A stretch of 64,000 nt of DNA from Alphaproteobacteria bacterium (GTDB taxonomy: Bacteria > Pseudomonadota > Alphaproteobacteria > CALKHQ01). Position 1 is the first letter of the stretch; every line of letters begins with the position of its first letter. The notes beneath the pieces were generated by a model. It ran no database searches and was not told the origin of the DNA. It was given only the letters and a program-made list of their open reading frames with translations. This document shows positions 28,244 through 38,431 of the stretch, one piece after another. Both the position numbers and the translations under genes were made by a program. The DNA lies in contig CBDDFZ010000001.1 in the NCBI GenBank assembly GCA_965227515.1, positions 928,001-992,000 of the forward strand. The letters are read 5' to 3'.

Positions 28244-29701
28244 CTACCGCTCGGTGAACGCGGACTCCGCGGTGCGGGTCACCCGGTCGGTCAGGTAGGC
28301 CAGGATGGTGCGGGTGCCGATTTGCAGGTCGACCATGGTCGCCATGCCGGGCAGCACCGGGAACTGGCCCTCTTCCTCGCCCAGATAGGTGCGGTCGGTC
28401 CGCACCCAGACCTTGAAGTAGGTCATGCCGGTGTTCTGGTCGACGGTGGCGTCGGGCGCGATCTCCTCCACCACGCCCATCAGCGAGCCGTAGGTGATGA
28501 AGTCGTAGGTCAGCACCTTCACCTCGGCCTCCATGCCGAGCTCGATGAAGCCGATGTCCTCGTTGGCGACCGACGCCTCCACGATCAGGGTGTCGCCGAT
28601 CGGCACGATGTTGAGCAGCGGCTCGTTGGCGACGATCGACTGGCCGACATTGTTGACCACCAGGTTCTGCACGATGCCGGCCTCGGGCGCGGTGATCGAC
28701 AGGCCCGCCTGCTCGGTCTCGCTAAGCTGCAACTGGCTCGACACCGCGTCGAGGCGGTTGCGGGCGTCGGCGAGTTCGGCCAGCAGCTCGGCGCGCCATT
28801 GCTCGTCGACCGCGGCGCGCTGGGTCCTCGCCTCGTTCAGGCTGGAGCGCGCCGCCGCCAGGTCGGACTCCGCCGCAACGATGCCGGACCTGAGCTCGAC
28901 CAGGAACGCCAGTGCTGAGTCGTAGTCCTGCTGCGAGTAATTACCCGAGGCCAGAAGCTCGGCGTAACGGGCGACCTGCCGCTCGCGGATGGTCAGGGTC
29001 TCGCGCATGCCGCTCAGGCTGGCCTCTAGGGAGGCGATGGCTTCCTGGCGTTGCGCGATGGTGGCGTCGGCGACGGCGCGGGCCGAGTTCAGCGACGACT
29101 GCCGCGCCTCCAGCAGGTCGAGCTGGTTGGCGGCCAGATTAGGCGCCTCGTCCAGCACCGCGTTGGGGAACAGCGGCTCGGCCTCGGTGGCCTCCGCCTC
29201 CAGCCGCGCGACCTCGCTCAACAGGGTCAGCCACTGGTTGCGCAGCCCGGTGCGCTCGACATCGACGAACTCGGCGCTCAGCACAAGCAACACGTCGCCG
29301 GCCTGCACCAGATCGCCCTCCTCGACCATGATCTCGGCCACCGTCCCGCCAAACGGGTGGTTCACCACTTTCACCCGGCCGGCGGGGCGGACCTGGCCGT
29401 TGGCGGTGGCGACCTGGTTGACCTCGGCCATCGAGGCCCAGACGACGAAGACGCCGAACAGGACCGCGACGGTGATGATCACCCAGCGCGCATAGGGCGA
29501 ATGGCGGCGGTCGGCCACCGCTTCCACATCAGGCAGGAACTCGGCGAACCGGGACGGTATGCCCTTGCGCTGGCCCTGCGCCGGCGGCGCGTTGCGTTTG
29601 GCCGGCAGCTTGCCGCCGGGCTTGCGCGCCGGGGGCTTGCCCTGGGCTGGGCCGGGAGTTGCGCCGGGGGTGGCGCCTGCGGCTGCGTCCTGCGCGCTCA
29701 T
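28244..29701 (-). CDS. HlyD-family type I secretion membrane fusion protein
   Basis: TM + A.GQVRP.G.VKVVNH..GG.V..I.V.EGD.V..GD.L, coiled coil, AP..GIV, DIGFI..G, YG.L.G.V..I.PDA, PGM..VD..IG.RTIL.YL. Confidence 0.93.
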   Translation of the reverse strand: MSAQDAAAGATPGATPGPAQGKPPARKPGGKLPAKRNAPPAQGQRKGIPSRFAEFLPDVEAVADRRHSPYARWVIITVAVLFGVFVVWASMAEVNQVATANGQVRPAGRVKVVNHPFGGTVAEIMVEEGDLVQAGDVLLVLSAEFVDVERTGLRNQWLTLLSEVARLEAEATEAEPLFPNAVLDEAPNLAANQLDLLEARQSSLNSARAVADATIAQRQEAIASLEASLSGMRETLTIRERQVARYAELLASGNYSQQDYDSALAFLVELRSGIVAAESDLAAARSSLNEARTQRAAVDEQWRAELLAELADARNRLDAVSSQLQLSETEQAGLSITAPEAGIVQNLVVNNVGQSIVANEPLLNIVPIGDTLIVEASVANEDIGFIELGMEAEVKVLTYDFITYGSLMGVVEEIAPDATVDQNTGMTYFKVWVRTDRTYLGEEEGQFPVLPGMATMVDLQIGTRTILAYLTDRVTRTAESAFTER

Positions 29702-32349
29702 GTGTCCTGATCCCCGGTTTTCGTGCCCTGTGCCTCGTTGGCCTGCGCGTTGGTGGAAGGGGCTTCCTTGGTGGGAGCAGTGCCCCCGGCACCGGACTCA
29801 CCGGCGGAATTGCCGTCAGCCGCTTGCGGGCCTGTCGAGGCCTGCGGACCTGTCGAGGCCTGCGGACCTGGCGAAGTCTGCGGACCTGGCGAAGTCTGCG
29901 GACCTGACGGGGTCTGCGGACCCGGCCCTGGCTGCGGGTTCTGGGCACCCTGCGGCCCCTGTCCTTGTTGCTGCGGACCCGCCACCTGTTGCTGCGGCGC
30001 CATCCGCTCGCGGGCGTAGGCGGTGACGTCGCGCGGAGTGCCCACCTTCTCTACCTGGCCGTCGACCAGCAGCACGGCGGTGTCGGCGATGTAGAGCGGC
30101 GCCATGCGGTGGGTGATCATGATGATGGTGCGGTTCTGCGCGTGACGGCGCAGGCTGCGCAGCAGCATCTCCTCGCTCGCCGGGTCCAGCGCGCTGGTCG
30201 CTTCGTCCAGGATCAGGATGCGCGGGTTGCGGATCAGCGCGCGGGCGACACAGATCAGTTGGCGCTGGCCGGCCGACAGGCCCACGCCGCGCTCGCCGAT
30301 CTGGCTGTCATAGCCCTTGGGCAGGCGCTGGATGAAGTCGTGGGCGCCGACGAACTTGGCCGCCGCTACCGCGCGCTCCGGCACGTCCAGCGGCTGGCCC
30401 ATCATGATGTTCTCGCGCACCGAACCGCTGAAGAGCTGGGATTCCTGCGGCACCACGCCAAGCTGCGACCGCAGGGCCGCGCGCGACACGTGGGCGATGT
30501 CGGTGCCGTCGACCAGCACCCGGCCCTGGGTCGGCTGGTAGAGGCCCTGCAGCAGCTTGACCAGCGTGCTCTTGCCCGAGCCGGAGGGGCCGATGATGGC
30601 GGTGACCTTGCCGCTGTCGAACTTGATAGAGACGTCCTTCAGGATCGGCGGCTGGTCCTGCTCGAAGGTGTAGTAGACGTTCTCCACCGCGATATCGCCG
30701 CGCAGCGGCGGCTGCGGCGCCACGTCGCCCGGGTTCTCCTCCGTCGGGCTGTCCATCACCTCGCTCAGCCGCTCGAAGGCCGCGCGCACCTCCTGCACCT
30801 GGTACCACGCGCTGACGACCTGGCGCAGCGGCGCCAGCGCGCGGGTGGTCAGGATGGAGGCGGCGATCAGCGCGCCGATGGTCAGGTCTCCGTCGATCAC
30901 CAACGTGGCGCCGAGCACGATGACCAGCAGGCCGAACAACTGTTGCAGGCTGGTGGTCAGGCCGGTCAGCCAGTTGGAGAGGTTGTGCGACTTGAAGCCG
31001 TGCCATGCCGCAGTGGCCAGCCTGCCTTCCCAGCGGCGCTCGACCTCGGATTCCAGGCCCAGCGACTTGATGGTGACCGCGTTGTTGATGGTCTCGTTCA
31101 GCGCCGAGGTCTTGGCCGACAAAGCGGTGAAGCTTTCCGCGATCAGCTTCTTCTGGCGGCGGTGGAACAACAGCGACACCAGCACGAACAGCGGGATCGC
31201 GCCCATTGCGATGAAGCCGAACAGCGGGCTGATGAACATCAACGCGGCGATGAACAGCGCCACGAACGCCAGATCGACGATGGTCATCGGCATCTGGCCG
31301 GTGAAGAACGCGCGGATGGTGTCGAGCTGGCGCAAGCGCTCCGATATCTGGCCGCTGGGCGCGGATTCGAAATAGCGGAACGGCTGGTGCAGCAGCCGGT
31401 GCACCACCTCGCCGCCGATCAGCGCGTCGATCCTGGCCCCGGTGTGGCTGGAAATGTAGCCGCGCGCCACCCGCAGCACGAACTCGAAGCCGTAGACCGC
31501 CAGCATGCCGATGGCGAGCACGGTCAGCGTGTCCAGCGCGCGCTGACCGATCACCTTGTTGTAGACGGTCATCATGAACAGGGGCGCGATCAGCGCGAAG
31601 ATGTTGATGACCAGCGATGCCAGCAGCAACTCGCCCATCACGCCGCGCACCCGCCGGCCGATCATGCCGCGCCAGCCGGCGGTCTGCGCCGTGCGCCCGG
31701 CCTTGTCGCCGACCCCGGTGTCCGGCTTGACCAGGATCGCTTCGCTGCATGCGTCGGCGATCTGCGCCGGTGTCACGGCGCCGCGGTCGCCGCTCACCGG
31801 GTCGACGACGATGATGTCGTCGCCCTCGCGGCCCACCGCCAGACGCACCAGCCGGCCTTGTTTCGGGATCAGCACGTAGGGCGGCGGCATGCTGGCCACG
31901 GTGCCCGCGGACACCGGCTCGCGCGCGGACTTGTAGCCCAGGCGCTGCGCCACACGGATGAACGACGAGATGCTCATGCCCCGGCGTGGCACCGGGGCTG
32001 CGCCACGCACGTCAGGCTCGGATACCGGGCGGCCGAAGAAATGGGTCAGGCGGACGAGGGCGGCCAGCAGATAGTCGGCGGCCGCGGCGCCATCCGCCCG
32101 CGCGGCACCGGCCTGGCCTTCCGCGCCTTCGGCTTCGGTGTTCGTGGGCTGGCCGTCCTCGGCATCGGGCGTCTCGCGGTCGCCGTCGTATCCCTCAACG
32201 TCGGTGGCACTGCTGGTCAAGGCTGCGTTTTCCTGATGTCTTGCCTGCGCATTCGCCGCGTCGCCCAATCCGCCGCCAAATCCGATGGGCGCGTGCCCTC
32301 TACCTGTGATATTGCCGGTGAACCGTCGGCGGCGGAACGGCGACACCAT
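29698..32349 (-). CDS. Type I secretion ABC transporter (C39-like domain + TM + NBD)
   Basis: LASLVINIFAL..PLFMM.VYNKV, DL.F..LF, GPSGSGKST, LSAGQRQ, LDEATSALD; ATGA-coupled to HlyD. Start uncertain. Confidence 0.92.
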   Translation of the reverse strand: MVSPFRRRRFTGNITGRGHAPIGFGGGLGDAANAQARHQENAALTSSATDVEGYDGDRETPDAEDGQPTNTEAEGAEGQAGAARADGAAAADYLLAALVRLTHFFGRPVSEPDVRGAAPVPRRGMSISSFIRVAQRLGYKSAREPVSAGTVASMPPPYVLIPKQGRLVRLAVGREGDDIIVVDPVSGDRGAVTPAQIADACSEAILVKPDTGVGDKAGRTAQTAGWRGMIGRRVRGVMGELLLASLVINIFALIAPLFMMTVYNKVIGQRALDTLTVLAIGMLAVYGFEFVLRVARGYISSHTGARIDALIGGEVVHRLLHQPFRYFESAPSGQISERLRQLDTIRAFFTGQMPMTIVDLAFVALFIAALMFISPLFGFIAMGAIPLFVLVSLLFHRRQKKLIAESFTALSAKTSALNETINNAVTIKSLGLESEVERRWEGRLATAAWHGFKSHNLSNWLTGLTTSLQQLFGLLVIVLGATLVIDGDLTIGALIAASILTTRALAPLRQVVSAWYQVQEVRAAFERLSEVMDSPTEENPGDVAPQPPLRGDIAVENVYYTFEQDQPPILKDVSIKFDSGKVTAIIGPSGSGKSTLVKLLQGLYQPTQGRVLVDGTDIAHVSRAALRSQLGVVPQESQLFSGSVRENIMMGQPLDVPERAVAAAKFVGAHDFIQRLPKGYDSQIGERGVGLSAGQRQLICVARALIRNPRILILDEATSALDPASEEMLLRSLRRHAQNRTIIMITHRMAPLYIADTAVLLVDGQVEKVGTPRDVTAYARERMAPQQQVAGPQQQGQGPQGAQNPQPGPGPQTPSGPQTSPGPQTSPGPQASTGPQASTGPQAADGNSAGESGAGGTAPTKEAPSTNAQANEAQGTKTGDQDT
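29825..29938 (-). repeat. In-frame 18-bp tandem repeat x6 (PQTSPG/PQASTG)
   Basis: TGCGGACCTGGCGAAGTC-like units in the ABC C-terminal tail. Confidence 0.85.
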
Positions 32350-32764
32350 AGAGCATCGGCGGCAGAGGGCATAGCCACAGTCCGCGACCGCTTGCCGGGG
32401 CCGCAGCGCGACACAAGACACCGCGATTCCGGCAAGTTTGCGTCAGAGCCCGCGGCCCAACATTTGGTTAACGGACGCGTGCTATTGTGCCTGCCGTCCG
32501 CCATTGCTTCTTGCGCGCGTAACGAGCAATGTGCGGGGCCGACGACACGGCAGACCTGTGCCTTGTTTGTCACAAATGGTTACAAAGGGATCGGAAGTCC
32601 TGAGATTGTAAGGATTCCAATGGTTAACGCCGCGATTCTACATCGAGAAAGCCCGAATTTCCTTTGATTTTCGCGGGCTTTGCGCGTATATCGAACTGGA
32701 ATCGGACGGCGAGATGTTATCCCTCGCGAGCGGTGAAAGTGTTGCAGAAAGGGCGTACAGCGTG

Positions 32765-33940
32765 ATGCTTCGAAAGGTATTGATGGCGACCGTGGCAACC
32801 AGTCTCGTGGCTGGCGCGACGGCATTTGCCGAGACCGGAGACGATGCTTCGGCCGACCCGTTCTACGTGCCGGACCCCGCTGCGCTTGGCCTGCCGGCCG
32901 ATGCGCTGCCGGGTAGCGCATTGCCCGAGCCGGTGCTGGCCGACCCGGTGCTGCCGGGCCTGCCGCTGGCAGCCGATCTGCCGCCGGTCCCCGTCGATGT
33001 GATTGAGTCGCTGATCCTGGGCACCCCGGGTGCCTCGCAGGTTCTGGACGACTATGTGCGCGGCACCACCGGCGCACCCGAGGCGGCGTCTGCAACGTCC
33101 GCCGACCGCGCCCTGTCGGTGATCTACGAGCTGCGGAACTACTCCGAAGTCGTGCCGCCGGATCAGTTGCTGGCCGCCGCCGATACCGTGATGGATGTCG
33201 CCAGCCGCTTGGTCTGCCCGGCACAGATCGTCTGCATCGAGGTGCGCGACGACTTCCGGCCGGCGCCGGGTGCGATCGCATTCGATTTCGGCGGTCCCGA
33301 TACGCCGCTGCGCGAGGGCTTTCAGCGCATCACCGCTGCCGACCCGCGCATTTCCGGCCGCAATATTCAGGAGATTACCCGCCCCGGCGGCCACTCCCTG
33401 ATGCATGACGGCCTCTCTGGCGTGGAGAACATCACGGTCGACGTGCCCGCCGGCGAGTACCGGGTGATCTTCGTGACCGATTCCAACGGTACCCGCAACC
33501 TTGAGCGCGCGCCGTTCGGCCAGATTATCTACATCAACGATTTCGACTACAACGTGCCGGTGTCGGAGCCGTCGCTGTGGCCGTACATCGTTTGGTTCGG
33601 CCCGCGTAACCCGTCGAATTCGCACACCGGTGGTGCGCTTCAGGTCCGCGCCGATGCGCCGACCGGTCAGATGGACATCACCATGAGCTTTGCCTCAGCT
33701 GCAGGCGGACCGGACGGGGATGATTGGGATACCTATATCACCGCGTTGGTGCTGGAAGACGTGAACATGCCGACCGACCTCGGCGCCACCCAGGAAGCGA
33801 CCACCCAGCTGGTGCCGCCGGAGCAGTGCCTGTTCCTGGACGTGCTGGTGGCCGATCTGCTGCAGGGCTTGGCCCCGGCGGCGGGCACGCCTGACGACTG
33901 CAACGTGCCGAGCCCGAATTCGCCGGACTGCCTGCAGTAG
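32765..33940 (+). CDS. Secreted acidic protein with possible galactose-binding-like beta-sandwich
   Basis: Signal peptide (..ATAFA/E), Pro-rich linker, FDFG....GF..IT..D..VDVPAGEYRV pattern, paired Cys. Confidence 0.7.
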   Translation: MLRKVLMATVATSLVAGATAFAETGDDASADPFYVPDPAALGLPADALPGSALPEPVLADPVLPGLPLAADLPPVPVDVIESLILGTPGASQVLDDYVRGTTGAPEAASATSADRALSVIYELRNYSEVVPPDQLLAAADTVMDVASRLVCPAQIVCIEVRDDFRPAPGAIAFDFGGPDTPLREGFQRITAADPRISGRNIQEITRPGGHSLMHDGLSGVENITVDVPAGEYRVIFVTDSNGTRNLERAPFGQIIYINDFDYNVPVSEPSLWPYIVWFGPRNPSNSHTGGALQVRADAPTGQMDITMSFASAAGGPDGDDWDTYITALVLEDVNMPTDLGATQEATTQLVPPEQCLFLDVLVADLLQGLAPAAGTPDDCNVPSPNSPDCLQ

Positions 33941-33980
33941 GCTGGTCTGGGCCATTCGGCCCTCAGGTTCGATATGACAT

Positions 33981-34013
33981 CGGGGCTCGCTGCGGCGGGC
34001 CCCGTTTCATTTT
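33981..34013 (+). terminator. Rho-independent terminator
   Basis: CGGGGCTCGC-TGCG-GCGGGCCCCG followed by TTTCATTTT. Confidence 0.7.
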
Positions 34014-34069
34014 GGCGGTTGGCCGCCTTAGAATTTGGTCTGTTGCGAGACGTGACCGGTTAGCGGCTA

Positions 34070-35701
34070 TCAGGTGCGCCAGAAGCGCTCCTCCGCCGCG
34101 AGCTTGCGATACGCCTTGGCGGCATCGTCGCGCACCGAGTCCAGCTTGACGGCAATCCGCCCGGTGATCAGGCCGCTGGCGCGTGCCAGAGCCACGGCCT
34201 CGCCCGGCAGCCCGTTGCGCTCCACGAAGGTCAGCAGCGTGTGCGCCACCACGGCGTCGTTCAGCCAGCCAAGGGCATCTTGCAGACGCCGCAGGCGTTT
34301 CAGCACCCTGGCCGTCTTGCCGCGGCCGTAGAGCTGGGCGAAGAACTCGGCGGCGTAGCGCAACTGCTTCACCCGGATGCGCAACTCGTGCATGTCGTCG
34401 AGGCTGATCTCGTCGAGACGGTCGCCCAGCGCGCGCACGGCCTTGTCGCGTTTGGCCAGCACCTTGCACGCCAGCTTGCCGAGCGGCTTCTGGCTCCTGT
34501 CGACCGGCCCGGCACCCATTTGCCGGCCGGCGTTCCAGGCACCGACGCGCAACCACAGGCGCGCGAAGGTGGGGCTTTCCAGGTGCGCGGCAACCGCCTC
34601 GTGCGCGCTTTCGCGCAGCGCCTGCACCCGGCGCGCCAGCACCTGCAGGCTGTTCTCGGTGGGGTGGGCGGCGACGATGGGCGGCAGCGTCTCGGTCGCG
34701 AACACGTCCAGGTCGCGGGCATGGCCCAGGATGGCGGCGGTGCGCTTGACCTCGCGCTTGAGCTCGCTGCGCTCCTCGCGTGTCGTCACGGTGTTGAACA
34801 TGGTCAGCGCGGCCCGGAACCGGCGCAGCGCCACCCGCATCTGGTGCACGCCCTCCACCACATCGCTGCCAGCCAGGATGCTCGGCACGTTGGCGACCGC
34901 CTGTTCCGCGCAGCCGGCAATAACCGAACTCAGCGCTTCGTTCACCGGCATCTGCGGCGTCAGCGCCGCCGCAGCGGCCGAGACCGACTTCTGGCGCAGG
35001 TCGTGCACCAGCATGTAGCCGCGCACGCCCTTGCTGTGCGGGACCAGCCTGAGCGCGTGGCGCTCCGACAGCGACAGCGCCAGGTCGTAGATGCCCTTGG
35101 TGTCGCCCGAGACCAGCTCCAGCTCGATCTCGGAGACTGCGGTCTCCCGGTCGCCGGCCCGGATGGTGCCCTGGTCGATCGCCAGGTCGACCACACTGCC
35201 GTCCGGCAGCGCCAGCCGCCGGGACGTACGCTGGATGTCGGTCTCGAACACCTGGCGCAACAGGCCGCGCGCGGCCGCCCGGCCCAGCGCCTCGGCAAAC
35301 GGACCCGGCGCGCGCACCGGCCATTCCGGGGAGGCGCTGTCGACAGCCCATTCCAGCTCGTCGCGCACCGCCATGCCCGCCCGGGTGCGCCGCCCCTGCT
35401 TGATGCCCTGGATGTACTTCCGGCCGATGCGGCGGACCCGCAGGACCAGGTCGTTGCGAAACAGATCCAGGGTGTCGTTGTCGTAGTAGGTGCTGACCAG
35501 CCGCTTGGTCTTGGCGCGGTCGATTGCCAGCGCGCGCACCTGAGGGTCGTTGCGCAGTGCGGCCATCGCCTCCGGCGCGACCGCCAATGCCAGCTCGATT
35601 TCCTGCACAACGTCGGCGGCTGCCGGGGTTTTTGCGGAGGCCCGGTCCGATTTCGCGGATGCGGTCGGGGTGGAGTCCGGTCCGGCGCCGCGAGCCGCCA
35701 T
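34070..35701 (-). CDS. CYTH + CHAD domain protein
   Basis: EIEL, STYYD, LRVR, R.E.E, EIELEL (CYTH); HQMRVALRRFR, LG.ARDLDVF, HELRI..K.LRY..EFF, LQD.LG.LND (CHAD). Confidence 0.92.
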   Translation of the reverse strand: MAARGAGPDSTPTASAKSDRASAKTPAAADVVQEIELALAVAPEAMAALRNDPQVRALAIDRAKTKRLVSTYYDNDTLDLFRNDLVLRVRRIGRKYIQGIKQGRRTRAGMAVRDELEWAVDSASPEWPVRAPGPFAEALGRAAARGLLRQVFETDIQRTSRRLALPDGSVVDLAIDQGTIRAGDRETAVSEIELELVSGDTKGIYDLALSLSERHALRLVPHSKGVRGYMLVHDLRQKSVSAAAAALTPQMPVNEALSSVIAGCAEQAVANVPSILAGSDVVEGVHQMRVALRRFRAALTMFNTVTTREERSELKREVKRTAAILGHARDLDVFATETLPPIVAAHPTENSLQVLARRVQALRESAHEAVAAHLESPTFARLWLRVGAWNAGRQMGAGPVDRSQKPLGKLACKVLAKRDKAVRALGDRLDEISLDDMHELRIRVKQLRYAAEFFAQLYGRGKTARVLKRLRRLQDALGWLNDAVVAHTLLTFVERNGLPGEAVALARASGLITGRIAVKLDSVRDDAAKAYRKLAAEERFWRT

Positions 35702-35704
35702 CGG

Positions 35705-36232
35705 CTACACCAGCGCCTTCGGGAAGGTGTAGTCGACAAGCTCCATGTTCGACGGCTCCACGTTGGCCCAGCCGCCCTTGTGGCGATAGACCGCCAGGGC
35801 GCATGTCGGGAACGAGTCCTTGACCGCGCTGCCCGCTGTGGCATCGCCGTTTTCGGCCAGCATGACGGCCAGTTCCTGCAAGCCCGGGTTGTGGGCCACC
35901 AGCATCAGCGTGCGGACATCGGCGTCCTGCGCACGGATCACCGCCAGGCATGGCTTCGGTGCGGCCATATAGAGCTTGCGCTCCACCGCCACAGTCACGT
36001 CTTTTGCCCCGTCGCCCAATGCCGTGAGGAGGCGGGTGACGGTGTCCTGCGCGCGGGTCGCGCTGGAGGCCACGATGACGTCGGGGACCAGCTTCTTCTG
36101 AGCCAGATACGCGCCCATCAGCATCGCCGCCCGTTCTCCACGCTCATTGAGCGTGCGGTCATGGTCGGCAGATGAGCCTGACTTCCAGTCCGACTTGGCG
36201 TGACGTAAGAGAAGCAGCGTTCTCTCCGTCAT
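35705..36232 (-). CDS. sixA: SixA-like histidine phosphatase
   Basis: LLRHAKS, DHDR.L..RG, SSA.RA..T, VAHNPG, FPT. Confidence 0.85.
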   Translation of the reverse strand: MTERTLLLLRHAKSDWKSGSSADHDRTLNERGERAAMLMGAYLAQKKLVPDVIVASSATRAQDTVTRLLTALGDGAKDVTVAVERKLYMAAPKPCLAVIRAQDADVRTLMLVAHNPGLQELAVMLAENGDATAGSAVKDSFPTCALAVYRHKGGWANVEPSNMELVDYTFPKALV

Positions 36233-36345
36233 GTCCTCCTCAAATGTTGCGGTTTTATGACAGTGCGTCCCGAATTAGGCAGGTTCTCGGATACTAGCGC
36301 AATGAGCCAAATTGTCTCTGCCTACGCGCGTTTTGCCGGCGGAAT

Positions 36346-37725
36346 TTGTTCGTGACGCCGACGAGGACTGGTAACGCGGGGCCGCGCCGCGTCCTGCGGC
36401 TGGCATTGCCGGTCATCGTCTCCAACGTCACCGTGCCGCTGATCGGCCTGGTCGACACCGCGGTGATGGGCCACATGCCGGACCCGGCCTATATCGGCGG
36501 GGTGGCGCTGGGTGGGCTGCTCTTCAATTTCGTCTTTTGGAGCTTCGGCTTCCTGCGCATGGGCACCACCGGGCTGACCGCGCAGGCTTTCGGCAGGCTC
36601 GACTCGGCACGGCCAGCCGACGCGGAATTGGAGCTGCGGGCGTTGCTGCTGCGCGCGCTGCTGCTGGCGTGCGCTTGCGGGCTCATCATCGTCGCCTTGC
36701 AATGGCCGATCGCGGCGGTCGCGTTCGCGATCATGGACGGCAGCGCTGCGGTGGAAGACCTGGGCACCATCTATGTGGCGGTCCGCATCTGGGGCGCGCC
36801 GGTCACGCTGGCCAGCTATGCCGCGCTGGGCTGGCTGTTCGGCACCCAGTCGGTCAAGTTGGCGGTGGCGACCCAGATCGTCACCAACCTGCTAAACGTG
36901 GCGCTCAGCCTGCTGTTCGTCCTGGTCTTCGGCTGGGGTGTGGCGGGCGTTGCCGCCGGCACCGTGGTGGCCGAGGTGCTGGGCCTGGCCTTTGCCGTGG
37001 TGCTGGTGCGACGGCGGCTGGCCGAGCTGACCGGCGCACCGTCGCTGCGGGTGCCGCGCCATGTCGTGCTCGACCGCAAGGCGCTGGTGCGGCTGGCGTC
37101 GATCAACGCCGACATCTTCGTGCGCACGCTCTGCCTGGTGTTTGCGTTCGCCTGGTTCACCGACCGCAGCGCCGGCATGGGCGACGTCTTGCTTGCCGTC
37201 AACGCGGCGCTGCAACAGCTGGTTCAGTTCATGGCCTACGCGCTCGACGGCTTCGCGTTCGCGGCCGAGGCGCTGGTCGGGCAGGCCGTCGGCGGCGGGC
37301 GCCGCGCCGATCTGCTTGCCGCCATCCGGACCACGACGCTGATGGCTGCCGTGGTCGCCGCCGGCTTCGCGCTCGCCTATCTGGCGCTTGGCGGTGTCTT
37401 CGTCGATCTCCTGACCGACATCGCGCCGGTGCGCGCCACGGCGCGGGACTATCTGGTCTGGGTGGCGGTGCTGCCGATCCTGGGGGTGTGGAGCTACCAG
37501 CTCGACGGCATCTTCATCGGCGCGACCATGGGCCGGGAGATGCGCAACGCCATGCTGGCGACCCTGGCGGTCTACCTAGCGTTCGGCTACTGGGCGATAT
37601 CGGTTTGGGACAATCACGGCCTGTGGGCGGCGCTGGCCGTGCTGATGGTGGTGCGTGCGGTGACGCTGGCGGCCTATCTGCCACGCGTCCTGCGCGCCGC
37701 GGATGCCGGGGCAAAGACGACTTAG
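36346..37725 (+). CDS. MATE efflux transporter (DinF-like)
   Basis: LALP...SN...PL.GLVDTAVMGH, FGFLRMGTTGL.AQA.G, LDGFAFAAE, LDGIFIGAT. Confidence 0.92.
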   Translation: MFVTPTRTGNAGPRRVLRLALPVIVSNVTVPLIGLVDTAVMGHMPDPAYIGGVALGGLLFNFVFWSFGFLRMGTTGLTAQAFGRLDSARPADAELELRALLLRALLLACACGLIIVALQWPIAAVAFAIMDGSAAVEDLGTIYVAVRIWGAPVTLASYAALGWLFGTQSVKLAVATQIVTNLLNVALSLLFVLVFGWGVAGVAAGTVVAEVLGLAFAVVLVRRRLAELTGAPSLRVPRHVVLDRKALVRLASINADIFVRTLCLVFAFAWFTDRSAGMGDVLLAVNAALQQLVQFMAYALDGFAFAAEALVGQAVGGGRRADLLAAIRTTTLMAAVVAAGFALAYLALGGVFVDLLTDIAPVRATARDYLVWVAVLPILGVWSYQLDGIFIGATMGREMRNAMLATLAVYLAFGYWAISVWDNHGLWAALAVLMVVRAVTLAAYLPRVLRAADAGAKTT

Positions 37726-37835
37726 CTAGGGGATCGCTGGCATTGCATGCGGCGAGGCGGAGGGCGGTTGCGAGACGCAGTGTCCGCCGGCGACACCCGG
37801 CCGCCGGCGGTATCTACGGTCCAGGGGAGCGAGTT

Positions 37836-38357
37836 TCAGATCCAGATCTCGATGCCGGAGTCGAAGCCGCCGTTGGTGACCTCAGAATCGGCGAGGGTGC
37901 TGATGCGGTAGTTGAGCTCGATCTCCTCGAGGCGGTCGGGATCGGACTCGCCGTAGTCCGGGGGGCCGTCCTTGATGAAGCCCTGCTCCTTCAACGCTTT
38001 GACGATGTCATTCTCGTCATCGGAGGCCGGGGGGTCTTTCGGGTCGCCATCCTGGAAATTGATCTCTTCGCCTGCCATGAACACCTCGGTGGTCTCGGCA
38101 GCCGAGCCGGCCGTGGTGGTAGTCGAGCCCAAGCTTTCGCCGAGCAGGTCAACGATCTGCTCGGCTTTGCCATTGCTCAGGTTGAGGATGTCGCTGAGCA
38201 AGTCGTCCTGTGCATTTGTGCCGGGGTTTCCATTGGTGCCGGTGAAGGAACCGAGGCCGGACGTGCCTGTCGAGACAATGCGGTTGGCGAGCTGATCGAT
38301 ATGCTGCTGGTCGATAATGTCGGTGTCTGATTCTTGAGTGACGAAGATCTGCGGCAT
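37836..38357 (-). CDS. Hypothetical highly acidic protein
   Basis: 173-aa ORF, GGGAGA RBS, coding-like codon usage, no recognised family. Confidence 0.7.
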   Translation of the reverse strand: MPQIFVTQESDTDIIDQQHIDQLANRIVSTGTSGLGSFTGTNGNPGTNAQDDLLSDILNLSNGKAEQIVDLLGESLGSTTTTAGSAAETTEVFMAGEEINFQDGDPKDPPASDDENDIVKALKEQGFIKDGPPDYGESDPDRLEEIELNYRISTLADSEVTNGGFDSGIEIWI

Positions 38358-38431
38358 GATGTTTCTCCCAACTTTCTGTGTGATCAGTGAAGGGAGTTAC
38401 GCGGCAGCTCCGATTCTGGATGCAGGCGGGG

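Noticed and set aside
32460-32640. GGTTAAC half-sites as CtrA boxes upstream of the T1SS
   Set aside because: Only half-sites, with no second TTAA at the 7-bp spacing.
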